Of a stretch of 64,000 nucleotides of DNA, positions 26,880 through 44,100 are shown piece by piece. Position 1 is the first letter of the stretch. Each line of letters begins with the position of its first letter. This DNA is from Macrostomum lignano (lineage: Eukaryota), in NCBI GenBank assembly GCA_002269645.1, contig NIVC01001862.1:124001-188000 (forward strand). Direction: 5' to 3'. The position numbers were made by a program, and so were the translations under genes. The notes under the pieces were generated by a model. It saw only the letters and a program-made list of their open reading frames with translations, was not told the DNA's origin and made no database searches.

Positions 26880-27150
26880 CGTCAGCACCCATCTTTACAC
26901 CAGCACCCACCCCATCAGTACACCAGCACCCACCATCAGTACACCAGCACCCACTTCATCTTTACACCAGCACCCACCCCATCAGTACACCAGCACCCAC
27001 CATCAGTACACCAGCACCCACTTCATCTTTACACCAGCACCCACCCCATCAGTACACCAGCACCCACCATCAGTACAGCAGCACCCACCATCAGTACACC
27101 AGCACCCACCATCAGTACAGCAGCACCCACCATCAGTACACCAGCACCCA
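26880..27150. repeat. 21-bp minisatellite (CAGCACCCACCATCAGTACAC), equal to the reverse complement of the ESCO terminal codons plus stop
   Basis: The minus-strand unit TGG GTG CTG GTG TAC TGA TGG encodes W V L V Y stop. Confidence 0.93.
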
Positions 27151-28329
27151 CTCGTCCCCGCCGACATAGTCCCTAGCTAGCAGATAGCCGCTAGGACTGG
27201 GCGAGCAGAATGCCACGCGTTTTCTGTCGGGCAGCAGGCCCGGACACAGAGCCTGGCGAGCCGCGTCCAGCAGGGCCGTCGCCACGCCAGTTCGTCGCTG
27301 ATCTGAACGACACCAGATCTGGTAGATGCCGCATGAGGCTGGCACGAGAATCTCGGATTGATAGTAAGCTAGTGGTGGACTTCTGGACTTTACAATTTGA
27401 TCCAACTCTCCATTACAGTTTCCGACATTGACGTTTCCGTCGAAACTTCCGGTACCAGCATCTCCAATGCAACTTCCGGTACCAGCATCTCCAATGCAAC
27501 TTCCGGTACCAGCATCTCCAATGCAACTTCCGGTGCCAGCATCTCCAATGCAACTTCCGGTACCAGCATCTCCAATGCAACTTCCGGTACCAGCATCTCC
27601 AATGCAACTTCCGGTACCAGCATCTCCAATGCAACTTCCGGTACCAGCATCTCCAAAGCAACTTCCGGTACCAGCATCTCCAATGCAACTTCCGGTACCA
27701 GCATCTCCAATGCAATTTCCGGCGCCTAAATCCTTACGGAGTCCAGAATTACTTCCGTTGCTGATAGCATTTCTCGTTCCAGCGTTTTTATCGTTTCCAC
27801 CAGGCAGAGCAATCCGATAAGCTCGCCGAATCGGCTCAACCAAGCAGCAGCCGACGATACCGCAGCCCGGCCGGACAAACATCAGCGCCAGCCGGTCGGG
27901 AAGTCCGGCCTCTCGCCAGCAGGTCACGTCGTTGTCGTCCTCGAGGTCGCCGGCTCCGACGCCAGCCAGGTCGCGTCGCATCAGACGAACAGCGGCGAGC
28001 TCGGCGGCCGATGGACGATAATCATTGCCGATACGAACAATTCTGTCGCCGTTGAAAAACGCTTTCACAATTGGTTGACGCTCGCGCCAAAGATTTTTGT
28101 TATAATCGACGCAGGCGTCTAGTCGGTTGCTATGGAAACGAAGGTGTTTTTGCACGTCGGACGAGCGAGCGGCTGAGTAGATCATGCCGCACTGATTGCA
28201 CGATTCGAGTCCCGGACTGCGGCTGCGACCTGTAGTACTCGAGCGGCGGGTTCGTTGCTCAAGCTGCATACGTCTTCGAGTCATTTTACCGTGAGTAGAT
28301 AAGGCCCGTTGAGATCGAGACGAGTGCAT
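27133..28329 (-). CDS. ESCO2: Eco1/ESCO-family cohesin acetyltransferase, single exon, with an in-frame 9-aa repeat insertion
   Basis: Zinc finger CNQCGMIY...DVQKHLRFH, GNAT motifs CGIYQIWC...RRTGVATALLD, and C-terminal AFCSPSPSGYLLA...LVY. Assignment to ESCO1 versus ESCO2 is not resolvable from this sequence. Confidence 0.9.
   Translation of the reverse strand: MHSSRSQRALSTHGKMTRRRMQLEQRTRRSSTTGRSRSPGLESCNQCGMIYSAARSSDVQKHLRFHSNRLDACVDYNKNLWRERQPIVKAFFNGDRIVRIGNDYRPSAAELAAVRLMRRDLAGVGAGDLEDDNDVTCWREAGLPDRLALMFVRPGCGIVGCCLVEPIRRAYRIALPGGNDKNAGTRNAISNGSNSGLRKDLGAGNCIGDAGTGSCIGDAGTGSCFGDAGTGSCIGDAGTGSCIGDAGTGSCIGDAGTGSCIGDAGTGSCIGDAGTGSCIGDAGTGSCIGDAGTGSFDGNVNVGNCNGELDQIVKSRSPPLAYYQSEILVPASCGIYQIWCRSDQRRTGVATALLDAARQALCPGLLPDRKRVAFCSPSPSGYLLARDYVGGDEWVLVY
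27444..27720 (-). repeat. Coding 27-bp tandem repeat (CIGDAGTGS) x ~10 inside ESCO
   Basis: Read directly; the frame is open throughout. Confidence 0.93.
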
Positions 28330-30312
28330 TACAACTTTGCTGCAAACAGTAAAACAACTTTTGTGTTATTCCCAATTCTGCAGCAGCTCTCTGGCTAAAA
28401 GACAATCATGTAGAGAATTTAAAACTGCACGTATGTTAGTGTATTCTAGTCGCAGAACTTCATTGATTTGCTGTCTAATTTTTATTTTAAATTTGGGATC
28501 GAGAATTTCAAATGAAAACTCAACGACTACTCAAGTAGAAGGACGACAAACTATGTTAATTCTTAGACAAAATTAAGGAAGCTGGTTTTCGCCGAAAAAT
28601 ACACTGCGGAGATTTTTTACACTACGCAGGAACTTTTTTATTTCTTCCCTATTAAAATTGTTATTGCTTTCGATTGAAGGCAGACCCAATTTGTTCATCT
28701 TTCGATATTTTCTGCTTTTCTTATAGCTCTGTTTGATATTAGCTCGTAATAAAGCCTTTCGTTCAGAAAATTAGGATTCTATACGTTAATTTTTAATTCT
28801 ACGTGAATTACGTCCCATGCCTAAAAAACAATTAAAATGGCACGGCTCAGCTCTTGCTCTATAAACCTATTTTATCATTCTTAGCTGACTGTATAACAAT
28901 ATGTGTAACAGAGATGATAAAATAGATTCATAAAACCATAAAGAGAGTCAAGCTGTGTCATGTATTTTTATGACTTTTAGGAACAGGAAGAAATTGACAT
29001 CGAATTCTAACTTTCAGAACGAATAGCTTTATGAATATCAATAAAGCTATAAAAAGGCAAAACATATCAAAAGATGAACATTGGTTCTGCCTCCTGTCAA
29101 AAGCAATAACAATTTATTTTGCTGAAAAAATGAAAAGTTTTCATCTCCGTAAGCTAGTATATTTTTCGGCGAAAACCTGCAGCCTCCTTAACATTTTCTA
29201 AGAAACGTAGTTTCCCGTCCTTCTACTTGAGTAGTCCTTGCATGGGAAGACTCTGAGGAAAAATATCTGATAAATGATGTAACTAAATGAACTGATCATT
29301 TATACAACAAAATAATTGTAAGAAAGCAAAGATTACAATAATTATATTACACGACAATGCAGAAAGCCAGACACAGAAAATGTCTTAATCTTAGATGGAA
29401 ATAGCTAGCTTATAATAAGCCTTTATTTCTATTCAAATTTAAAAAAATACTTTGCAACAAAACAGCTTTTTAAACAAAGAAATACGATAAAATACGACAC
29501 TAACGATTCATAGATAAAACACAAAAATACAACTTTTTTCTATCTCAAATAATTCAACGAATACAAATTCCAAAAAATAAAAAAAATATCTTATTAGTAG
29601 CTACTAAAATGGTTTTCTTAAATCTACAATTTAGATATTTGATGGAGTGAACTGTCTGAAAAGTTTAACTGCCAGAACTTTTTTTAAAATATTTTATATT
29701 GGGAACCTAGTTTATTAAAAAATAAAGAGGTAAATAAGGTGACCCAATAAGTTGGAAAACTATTTCTTAGATTTATTCACAGAGAGTATTTCTGTACAGA
29801 CGTTTTTAGTTAAAAGTTTATGGTACTACTTTTTATAGAAACATAATAATAATAATAATAACAATAATAATGATAATAATGATTTTTTACTTAAATAATT
29901 TCTCAAATCAATATATAAAAATCAATAAAAATCTAAAAGAAAATAATAAAGCAGCTGACTAGACGATGCAGTGAAAATTTAAACAAACAACTGGGCTGTA
30001 AAACTTAGTTAATAATTGAAGCAACAAAAATTGTACTACTCAGACTAGCTATAATTACAAGCTGATTCACATCATTAACACAGCTGGGGGCAAGAGGCCG
30101 CAAGACCTCAAAAATATTAAAAAGAAAACATAGAAAAAAATCAGCTGGGCTTCTACGAGTAATAATCCAAGTGAGTTAATAATATTGTTAGTACTAAATT
30201 CAATACAATTGAATGTTTTTACGAATCGTAGCTTCAAGTTTGACAGTTTTGATTCTTTTGTCGAATTCAACGAGATTTTCTGGCTCTATAGAGCTCTAAG
30301 TGTAGTCTTTAA

Positions 30313-30631
30313 TTTGATATAGCGGCACCAGAGGCGCCAGCACCAGAGAGGCGCCAGCACCAGAGGCGCCAGCACCAGAGGCGCCAGCACCAGAGGCGCC
30401 AGCACCAGAGGCGCCAGCACCAGAGGCGCCAGCACCAGAGGCGCCAGCACCAGAGGCGCCAGCACCAGAGGCGCCAGCACCAGAGGCGCCAGCACCAGAG
30501 GCGCCAGCACCAGAGGCGCCAGCACCAGAGGCGCCAGCACCAGAGGCGCCAGCACCAGAGGCGCCAGCACCAGAGGCGCCAGCACCAGAGGCGCCAGCAC
30601 CAGAGGCGCCAGCACCAGAGGCGCCAGCACC
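30313..30631. repeat. 15-bp minisatellite (GCACCAGAGGCGCCA)n
   Basis: Read directly. Same family as the arrays at 17.9 kb and 51.4 kb. Confidence 0.97.
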
Positions 30632-31001
30632 GTTTGTGTGACAATGTCGCTAATTCCCCAGGAAATCCATTACCTCAGTGATAATGCGCTCGTACACATA
30701 ACGACAGTGCTTATTAAGACCAATTACGCACATACTTAAGAAGCAATCATATTGTACCCGCAAAGATATAACAGGACAAAAATGATTCGCTAATCAAAAA
30801 GCACAACACAAACAATAAAATACTGTCAGTTGCAACGAAAAAGAGTTTATCTAGCTAATCTAATCATATAGATTGTGACTTGATTGACAGTTTATACTGT
30901 ACTGGTGGAATTCAATTTATCTGAATGAAGGTAAATGACAGACAGTAGCTCTCATCAGGTCCTCAGGCAACATCGCGTTGTCAGGCTAAAAAACTGGCTA
31001 A

Positions 31002-35221
<4,220 letters not shown>

Positions 35222-37445
35222 GCTTTTTAAGTGTGTTTGTTGATTTATGAATTTACAGATAAAGAATTCTTTGTAAACTATTTGTACTGGAAGCAAAGAC
35301 AAAGTCAATATGAATTTATAAAGCTGTTCAAGAATTTTTATATTTATTTTTCCTTATGCAGGAGGTATAACTCAACAGAGACTAGCTAAAACTTTAAAAT
35401 GAACTTTGTTAAAGTTATATAAAACTGTTGACTCAAAAAATGAGATAAATTTATTTAGGATAAAATTTAATCTCTTGTATATATGCATTCAATAGAAATT
35501 GAATAGGAATGACTGTAACAAAACATTGACATTACATTCTTATCGAAAGCATACATGTAATATAAAATCAGACATATGAATACTTTATTTTATTAATCTC
35601 TTTTTATGACTTATATTGGGGCTGTTTAAATATTTCAAAAGGTGAGAAAGAAAATGGATAGATGTAATACCATAATTGGCATATAGCCTACTAAAAAATA
35701 ATAGTTGTATTAATTAAATGATTAACTAGATAACAAGCAAATAAATGTTAGGGAATAGATATATTTATGACGTAGGCAAAAGTTCCATTGTATTAGCAGT
35801 GTGCATGTATGACGAAGCCTAATAAAGAGATTAGCTACTTAATAAAGTAAGTTTCCTATACTGTAGTAAAACATTATCAGATACCACAAAAATTTAATTA
35901 ATCAAACCTTGATGATTGGACTTTAGGAAAAAAGAAGAATACTGTGTGTTATCAATTTTTTGAATAAACTTTCTATTTCTAATCTTAATTAAATTAAGAA
36001 GAAGAATCATAGAATTATTTAGATTAAGGTTTCAAACCAAGATATAACATTTAATATATAACACTTAAACTTAGATGCATCATTAGGATGTTTACTTAGC
36101 ATCAAAACCCTGCTAAGCTAAAAACACGTTATTAAAATCCATGCAAGTACATAAAACTAGCACATAATTAAATTGATGGTTGTTAGGTCATTAGAATAAA
36201 AGCTTGAAAAATAAACATATTGACAAGAACAATACAATCGTTCAATTGATTAGTTGGTTTGATCGAAAATGGTTCTAGGATATGATTTTTTAATTCCCCA
36301 AAGTAAACAAGCTGCATAAATGTGCTAATATAACTTTGAAGTTGCAAAAGACTTTAAGAAGAAGTGATAAATCTCAGAGCGATGCGGCCCAGCGGCGATA
36401 ACTAAAAAAAGCCTAACGATCGCAAATAATTTTTAAAAAGCTCTTACTTGTCACTTAATATCTTTAATTTTTCCTTTTTAGATATCAAAGCAAACTTTAA
36501 AAAAAAATTATTAGTTAGCAAGTCATATCCGCTGAAAAATTTAATTAGTTTTGTTTACCATTTTGTTTTAACTGTAATTTTCCGAGTTGCTGTAAGATTT
36601 ACTTTAGGAAAAACTGTGGTCTCGAGGATAAGATTGGAATTCTGAAACTATTAATATAAATATAGTGCAACTAGGAATGGAAAATGATTTATTATTAATA
36701 ATTAAACTTTGTTATATCCATCCGCTATGTTTTTGATAGCGTATTCTTTTGATCGAAAAAAGCCAGTCTTTCATTTAATTCTTCTCTTTATTCGAGTTTT
36801 TTCATTTACAAGACTCCCATATTTTTTAGATATAAAAAAATTCGCGGTCTCTTTAATATAACAACCATTCGCTAGAGACATACATGAAGCTCAATAATGT
36901 ACATGTACTCAATGGCATATGAGACAATGAGAGCGACGTTAGTAAATGCATACATAATACGTCAGTTTGAGGCAGGTATCTGACTTTAACTGGTTTGAAA
37001 CCCCCCGCACCGGCCTGGCCTCGCTTTGGTGGTTTGGTTAGGTGCGGGTGCTCTGCGTGCGTGCGGGGCAGAGCTGCCTCCCCTCTCCACTCCATGCTAT
37101 TTAGTCTGGCGTCGCGGCCGCTGAGTCGGCGTAATTTTGGCAAAATATTTTGTTTCGTTTTTAAATTACAATGCACTCGTAATCGACTTCATCACTTAAG
37201 GGGTTAACGCTTCTGAACCGGGTTTGCCGGTCTTTTGCTCTGCGTTTGTCTTTTGGGGTTTAAATGCGCATGTATTAAGTGCACATGAATGTGCATATAT
37301 GTACTTTTCACTTTCTACTTACATACTTCTTGTCATGTCAGTAGTATAAAGTCAGTATAATAAAATTTGCGTTCTAACATGTACATGTGCACATTCATGT
37401 ACACAATAATATAGCGCCTTCGGTGCCAAAATGAGTGCTAACAAC

Positions 37446-37591
37446 CAGTCGCGTAGCCAGGATTCACGTCAGGGGGGACAAAGACATAAATCCATCTCCG
37501 ATAAAGGCGATGGAAGCAAAATACCAAGTAAGTAAAGAAATCCCCCCCTCCAGGGGGATTTCCCAGTGTCCCCCCCATGGCTACACCCCTG
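37446..37591. mobile_element. hAT-type MITE, 146 bp
   Basis: Perfect 8-bp TSD CTAACAAC (37438-37445 and 37592-37599). Imperfect terminal inverted repeats (TIRs) CAGTCGCGTAGCCAGG and CATGGCTACACCCCTG. Confidence 0.85.
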
Positions 37592-38530
37592 CTAACAACA
37601 CCGAATCTAAAAATAATGTAGTAACTCTTGGCTTTCTCGTCCGCATACCATAATAATCCATGGCAACGCCCCACATGGAATGATACTTCCAGAATACAGA
37701 ATGGGGTACGGGAATTATTCCGGGCTAAATTTTAAGTTGGAGAAATTAGAAAATCTCGACGCCAAGTATAATTAGGCCCTGGACACGAACGTACATGTAG
37801 CTCTCGACTCGTTTTTTGCAATCTTTTCACCCTTTCTGTGTTAGCTATTCCCTTGTCTGTTAATTGTAGTCAAGCTACTAGAACAGGTAATTATACTGAA
37901 TTCTATACCACGTGAGCATTAATTGTATTTCCTTAAATGGAACCTCTGCTGGGCCAAAGAATGAATGAAAGGATAAACTGCATTTACTGGTAAACGGAAT
38001 ACTCAAGAAATAAATATTTATGACTGCAGCCTAGCTTCGGACATATCGCATTCCGTCGCAGTGGTTATGGGAATAGTAAATTTACTTATTAAGCTTGAAT
38101 ATTTCGCTGTAGTCAGGGGCTGCAGCAGTGAGCAGCTCCAGTTGAGCATAGAATTGAGAACGTATTGTGTGCCTGGTCTCTGCTTGTGTTTAATAAAGAA
38201 TTTTGCCTATTAACAATACAGTCAGCATAGGCTCGGAGCTAAAGCCATTATTTAGCATTGAGTCGAGAGGCTGACTTCTGCGTACCGAGCTTCAATAATA
38301 AGTAGACCCGTGTGTTTACTCAACAACGCGTTTCGTCTTCTTTACTAATATTTGCACATTCAGCCGCTTCGGTTTTGAAAACAGTTTGGTCTATCGACAA
38401 TTCCAATACTCAGAAACCGGTTGGAAGCCTGCCTGTAAACTGGGGGGGGGCAGGCTTCTATAAAAATAGATTTCTCAAAAGTGAGATCCAAGTCTATTGT
38501 CTATTGCAGAAGAGACTCGATGGTCTCTAG

Positions 38531-40606
38531 CAGGGGCGTCGCCATTGATTTTATGGTGATGGGGGGACAATGCCAAGAATTCAACATGTACATTACTAAA
38601 TTCCTACATGTCCATTGTTTTGAGAATCGGTGTGTCAGCGCTCATTTTGGCGCCGCAGGCACTCTTTTCAGCGCTACAGGCACTCCTTTCAGCGCTACAG
38701 GCACTCATTTTAGCGCTACAGGCACTCCTTTCAGCGCTACAGGCACTCCTTTCAGCGCTGCAGGCACTCATTTTAGCGCTACAGGCACTCCTTTCAGCGC
38801 TACAGGCACTCATTTCAGCGCTACAGGCACTCATTTCAGCGCTACAGGCACTCATTTCAGCGCTACAGGCACTCATTTTAGCGCTACAGGCACTCATTTC
38901 AGCGCTACAGGCACTCATTTTAGCGCTACAGGCACTCATTTCAGCGCTACAGGCACTCATTTCAGCGCTACAGGCACTCATTTCAGCGCTACAGGCACTC
39001 ATTTCAGCGCTACAGGCACTCATTTCAGCGCTACAGGCACTCATTTTAGCGCTACAGGCACTCATTTCAGCGCTACAGGCACTCCTTTCAGCGCTACAGG
39101 CACTCCTTTCAGCGCTACAGGCACTCATTTCAGCGCTACAGGCACTCATTTCAGCGCTACAGGCACTCATTTCAGCGCTACAGGCACTCATTTTAGCGCT
39201 ACAGGCACTCATTTCAGCGCTACAGGCACTCATTTCAGCGCTACAGGCACTCATTTCAGCGCTACAGGCACTCATTTCAGCGCTACAGGCACTCATTTCA
39301 GCGCTACAGGCACTCATTTTAGCGCTACAGGCACTCATTTCAGCGCTACAGGCACTCATTTCAGCGCTACAGGCACTCATTTCAGCGCTACAGGCACTCA
39401 TTTCAGCGCTACAGGCACTCATTTCAGCGCTGCAGGCACTCATTTCAGCGCTACAGGCACTCATTTCAGCGCTACAGGCACTCATTTTAGCGCTGCAGGC
39501 ACTCATTTTAGCGCTGCAGGCACTCATTTTAGCGCTGCAGGCACTCATTTCAGCGCTGCAGGCACACATTTTAGCGCTGCAGGCACTCATTTCAGCGCTA
39601 CAGGCACTCATTTTAGCGCTACAGGCACTCATTTCAGCGCTACAGGCACTCATTTCAGCGCTACAGGCACTCATTTCAGCGCTACAGGCACTCATTTCAG
39701 CGCTACAGGCACTCATTTCAGCGCTACAGGCACTCATTTCAGCGCTACAGGCACTCATTTCAGCGCTACAGGCACTCATTTCAGCGCTACAGGCACTCAT
39801 TTCAGCGCTACAGGCACTCATTTTAGCGCTACAGGCACTCATTTCAGCGCTACAGGCACTCATTTCAGCGCTACAGGCACTCATTTCAGCGCTACAGGCA
39901 CTCATTTCAGCGCTACAGGCACTCATTTCAGCGCTACAGGCACTCATTTCAGCGCTACAGGCACTCATTTTAGCGCTACAGGCACTCATTTCAGCGCTAC
40001 AGGCACTCATTTCAGCGCTGCAGGCACTCATTTCAGCGCTGCAGGCACTCATTTCAGCGCTGCAGGCACTCATTTCAGCGCTGCAGGCACTCATTTCAGC
40101 GCTGCAGGCACTCATTTCAGCGCTGCAGGCACTCATTTCAGCGCTGCAGGCACTCATTTCAGCGCTACAGGCACTCATTTTAGCGCTACAGGCACTCATT
40201 TCAGCGCTACAGGCACTCCTTTCAGCGCTACAGGCACTCCTTTCAGCGCTGCAGGCACTCATTTCAGCGCTACAGGCACTCATTTCAGCGCTGCAGGCAC
40301 TCATTTCAGCGCTGCAGGCACTCATTTCAGCGCTGCAGGCACTCATTTCAGCGCTGCAGGCACTCATTTCAGCGCTGCAGGCACTCATTTCAGCGCTGCA
40401 GGCACTCATTTCAGCGCTGCAGGCACTCATTTCAGCGCTACAGGCACTCATTTTGGCGACATGAAGAAAAATTATTGATTTCCAAAACGGGTCACAAGGT
40501 GGGAGTGGGGGGTCAAAGCATCTGCATGTATTACCCCACAGAGCTTTCACTGGGGGGGGGGACATTGCTCCTCTTTTGGGGGAAATGGGGGAAGTTTACA
40601 TCCCTG
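38531..40606. mobile_element. Putative hAT-type non-autonomous element carrying a large internal tandem array
   Basis: Begins CAGGGGCGTCGCCA and ends TTTACATCCCTG. Flanks are GTCTCTAG and GTCTTCAA (5/8 match). It shares GGGGGGACA motifs with the MITE at 37446. Confidence 0.5.
38637..40458. repeat. 21-bp minisatellite (TTCAGCGCTACAGGCACTCAT) x ~87
   Basis: Read directly. It explains the three 600+ aa ORFs at 38481-40565. Confidence 0.98.
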
Positions 40607-41157
40607 GTCTTCAAATAAAAGTTTAAGCATCTAGCAGTTGTTGTCAGCCACTAACGTAAGAATTATTGTCAAGGTCAAGTGCTAGAGGTCGATTTTCGAT
40701 GCAAAATGCATTGTCCGAAGCAAAAACCAAAAAAAGCTTTAGGTTTTATAGCACTGTATTCACAAAATCTCACTTTCCAGACTTAGTGTACTAATTTATT
40801 ACTTACAGCCAGCACTGTTTTCTACGAAAATAATGCTCGGAGACTGTTCCGTAGCATATCGGTCTTCAGTCTCGGCATCTTAGTGCTCAGCCATTGGACA
40901 GATCCGAAGGCCAACCAGAATCAGTTTAGATACAGATTAATATATACTGCAGCGCGTTCTTACAGCCAGCAGAGTACGAGCTAGAATGAACTCTTTTAAC
41001 AACAACTTTCTTAATTTACTCGCTTAATAATTGCTGATAAAAGATATACCAGGTCACAGACAGCTGAACTTACTTAACACAGTTACAATTTCCCAGTTTC
41101 AACAGTTTTGCCGACTTCGCAACTAAACAAATCTGTGATTGCTGTAGCAAACTATCA

Positions 41158-44100
41158 ATGGCTGCAACATCGATGCAGCATCTGCTGCCAGTGTTGCTGT
41201 GGCTGGCCGTTCTAATAATCGACATCACCAGCTCCTCGTCAGCCACCGTTGTCGTTCCGAACGCGTCCCGTCCGCCGATCCGAGTGCAGCAGGGCAAGTC
41301 GGTGGCGCTGACCGCCGCCCACCTGCTAATACGTCGGCAGCCAAGCGGCAGTGGCAGCCTTTGCCGAGTTGAAGTCGACTCAAGCGATCCACTGACTCAG
41401 ACAGTCGGACAAATGAAGCCTAAGGTAAAAATTTTTAAATTTGCATTTTGACAATGCAGCCGCTTCACAATGGAGAAATATTGGCGGCATTCCGATGCTT
41501 TATTATTTAAACTATAATTATTGCGTAGCTATATTAAAATAATTACGAGCGAAATGAGAGTCATAAACAAAAACCTGAGATCCCTTGAAAAAGCTCATCA
41601 CGCACTGTAGAGTGCATTTACGAGGTATTTGTGTGAAAATTTAGTTATAGAAAACAGTTGTGTTGGTACTGCTTCTGAAGCACTGATGAGGGCAAGAACG
41701 TTTTACTTAAAGTTTTGGAGTGCGATTGGGTGCAATAATTTGAAAATATTCTCAAACTCTACTCAGGTATTCGACTGCTTTTTCACCGAGGGCAGCGTAT
41801 TTTACGAGCATGAAGGCTCCCCGTTGCGTTCACACGACTCGGTTCGCTTGCTGGTTTACAGCTTCCAACCTGGCAACAGAAGCGAGATCGCGCCGATTCG
41901 CCTAGCCGTAGAAGTGCAGTTGAGGTCCAGACGCGGCAGCGGTCAAGGGGCCGTGGGAGAGCGGAGTTCCAGCACTGCGACGTACATCGTGATGCCCGGT
42001 CCCAGGCCCTTAACGGTGCCCAGATTCCGAGGCACCTCGGCGCCTATCGACTCCAACGCGCTCAATTTTGTGTACGATCCGCTCACCACTCGGTGCACTG
42101 TGGTCTACAGCGACTCAGTCCAAGCCAGCAGTAGCCTAGCTTTCCGCGACTGGCCCATGGTTGGCCGGCTGGTCGATGACCAGAGCACGCGGGTGCGGGA
42201 GTTCAAACACGACTGCCGCCAATTCCTTCTAGCCGGCTATCGCTACGAGCACCAAAGACCGCCCAATCCCGACATGGATTATATTCCACTGTCTGTCTAC
42301 CTCCTGCGGCTGGATTTCAATGGATCAGTTGACGCGACTTCTGATGCGATCGTCACAGAAAAGTATTATCTGCCGGTGCTCATCGACAAAGCGCAGAAGA
42401 GTGCTCCGCCACAGCTGCAGCTCCGACAGAGATCGGTGTCGCTGGCACATACTGGAGGCCTCCCAGTGGTTTTGCCAGCGGATTTATTGCTTTTACCGTC
42501 TGCGTCTGCCTCGTCCACAACTTCCGATAGTGCACCGTCGACGGAGACAGATATAAGGAGAAGCGGTGATAGTAGCGGCGGTATCACTAGTGGCTTGGTA
42601 GTTATGGTGACCCAGATCGAGCCTGTGCTTCCCTTCAACATCAATGCGTCGTTTGTGGACACTCGCGAGCCGACGGCGGGCCAGATTAGCGGCTTCCAAC
42701 CGAGAGACCTGCGCGAAGGCCGAGTGGCGTTTCAGTTTGCTACGCCGACTGACACGGACAGAGTGGAGCTGCGAATCCGCCTTCGGCCCATTGATGCTTT
42801 CTTTCAAGATGGCCCGGACGTCCTTCTGAACCTGGCCAGCACACCGAACCGGCAACTGCAGCTGTTTCCGCGTCCTTTACTTGCCTACACCCAGGCTACT
42901 GTCCGATTTAATTCGAGAAACTTGCTGTGCTCTGGCTCAGATTGCAATCTGGTCAGCTATCGAATTCGCCGTGAGCCGTACAGTGGCCGAATTCTAATGA
43001 ATAACGCACCGATAGAATTCTTCGGTCCAAGAACTTTAAATAACCCAGAAGATTTTTCTATTACCTACACGCACAACGGCAACATACCGTCAGAGGATAG
43101 CATAGAGCTGCGCACTCAAGTGTCGGAGAGCAGTGGAACGCCGATTGTTTTCAAATTTCCAATTCATGTAACCCGTCTCTGGGACTCGGTGTCGACTTTG
43201 AAATCGTCTAACGTGAACTATCGACTCGGACCAGGTGGTCAAGTATGCTTCGGCGTAGAAATCATTGACGAGAGTGTCTTGCGGACACTGAAGCACGATT
43301 GCATTGACATGCGCTATGAAGTTGTCAAAAGGCCCGAGTACGGCAACCTGATCAGGGCGCTCAATCCTTTGTCGGACTGGGCGCGGTCGAGATCGACATC
43401 AACTTTCCTGACATTTGCTGTGAGCGATCTTTTACAGGGAAAGACGATTTGCTACCTACAACAGAGGAATCTGGAGCCCGGCCAGACCAATGTCTGGGAC
43501 TCCATGACTCTCAAGCAAGCCGGACGACCCGACTTTACTCCGCTGCTAATCCGACTCCGACTTCACGATAAGCCGAGAGCCCCACTAATCAATCGATCAG
43601 CGCGGTACCTCTCAGCGCCGACGATGCTGGAGACTGATAATAACTTTGTTATTACGCGCGACTTTCTTCGGTACGAAACGGAAGGACTTTCGCCCAATCA
43701 GATTGTTTACGAAGTACTGCTGCACCCGTACTACGCCGGCACCAACATCAGCATCGATGCGGGTCGCCTGCTAGACAAGCGGAAGCTCGAACGAATCTTT
43801 ACGACGGGCGATAATGTGAAAGCCAAAGTGCGAATCACATCGTTCAAGGAGGTTGGATGCCTCAGCCAATTTACCCAAGAAGATGTAGACAACGGAAACG
43901 TTTTGTACGTGCCGCCGTTAAACGACGTTGGCATATCGAATCGCACAGTGAACGTTTACCTACAGCCGTATGACACGACGTGGAACAAGGCATTGCCCCA
44001 CAAACTGACCTTTATTGTCCTACCGGTTGACAACCAAGAGCCGAAACTCGAACCTCAGAAACTCAGTGTTGAGCGAGGAAAGCGTCTGACTATTAAACTG

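Noticed and set aside
38481-40565. Three ORFs of 618-665 aa (FSATGTH, SAEMSAC and SALQALI repeats)
   Set aside because: They are open in several frames and on both strands only because the 21-bp unit lacks stops; there are no unique domains.
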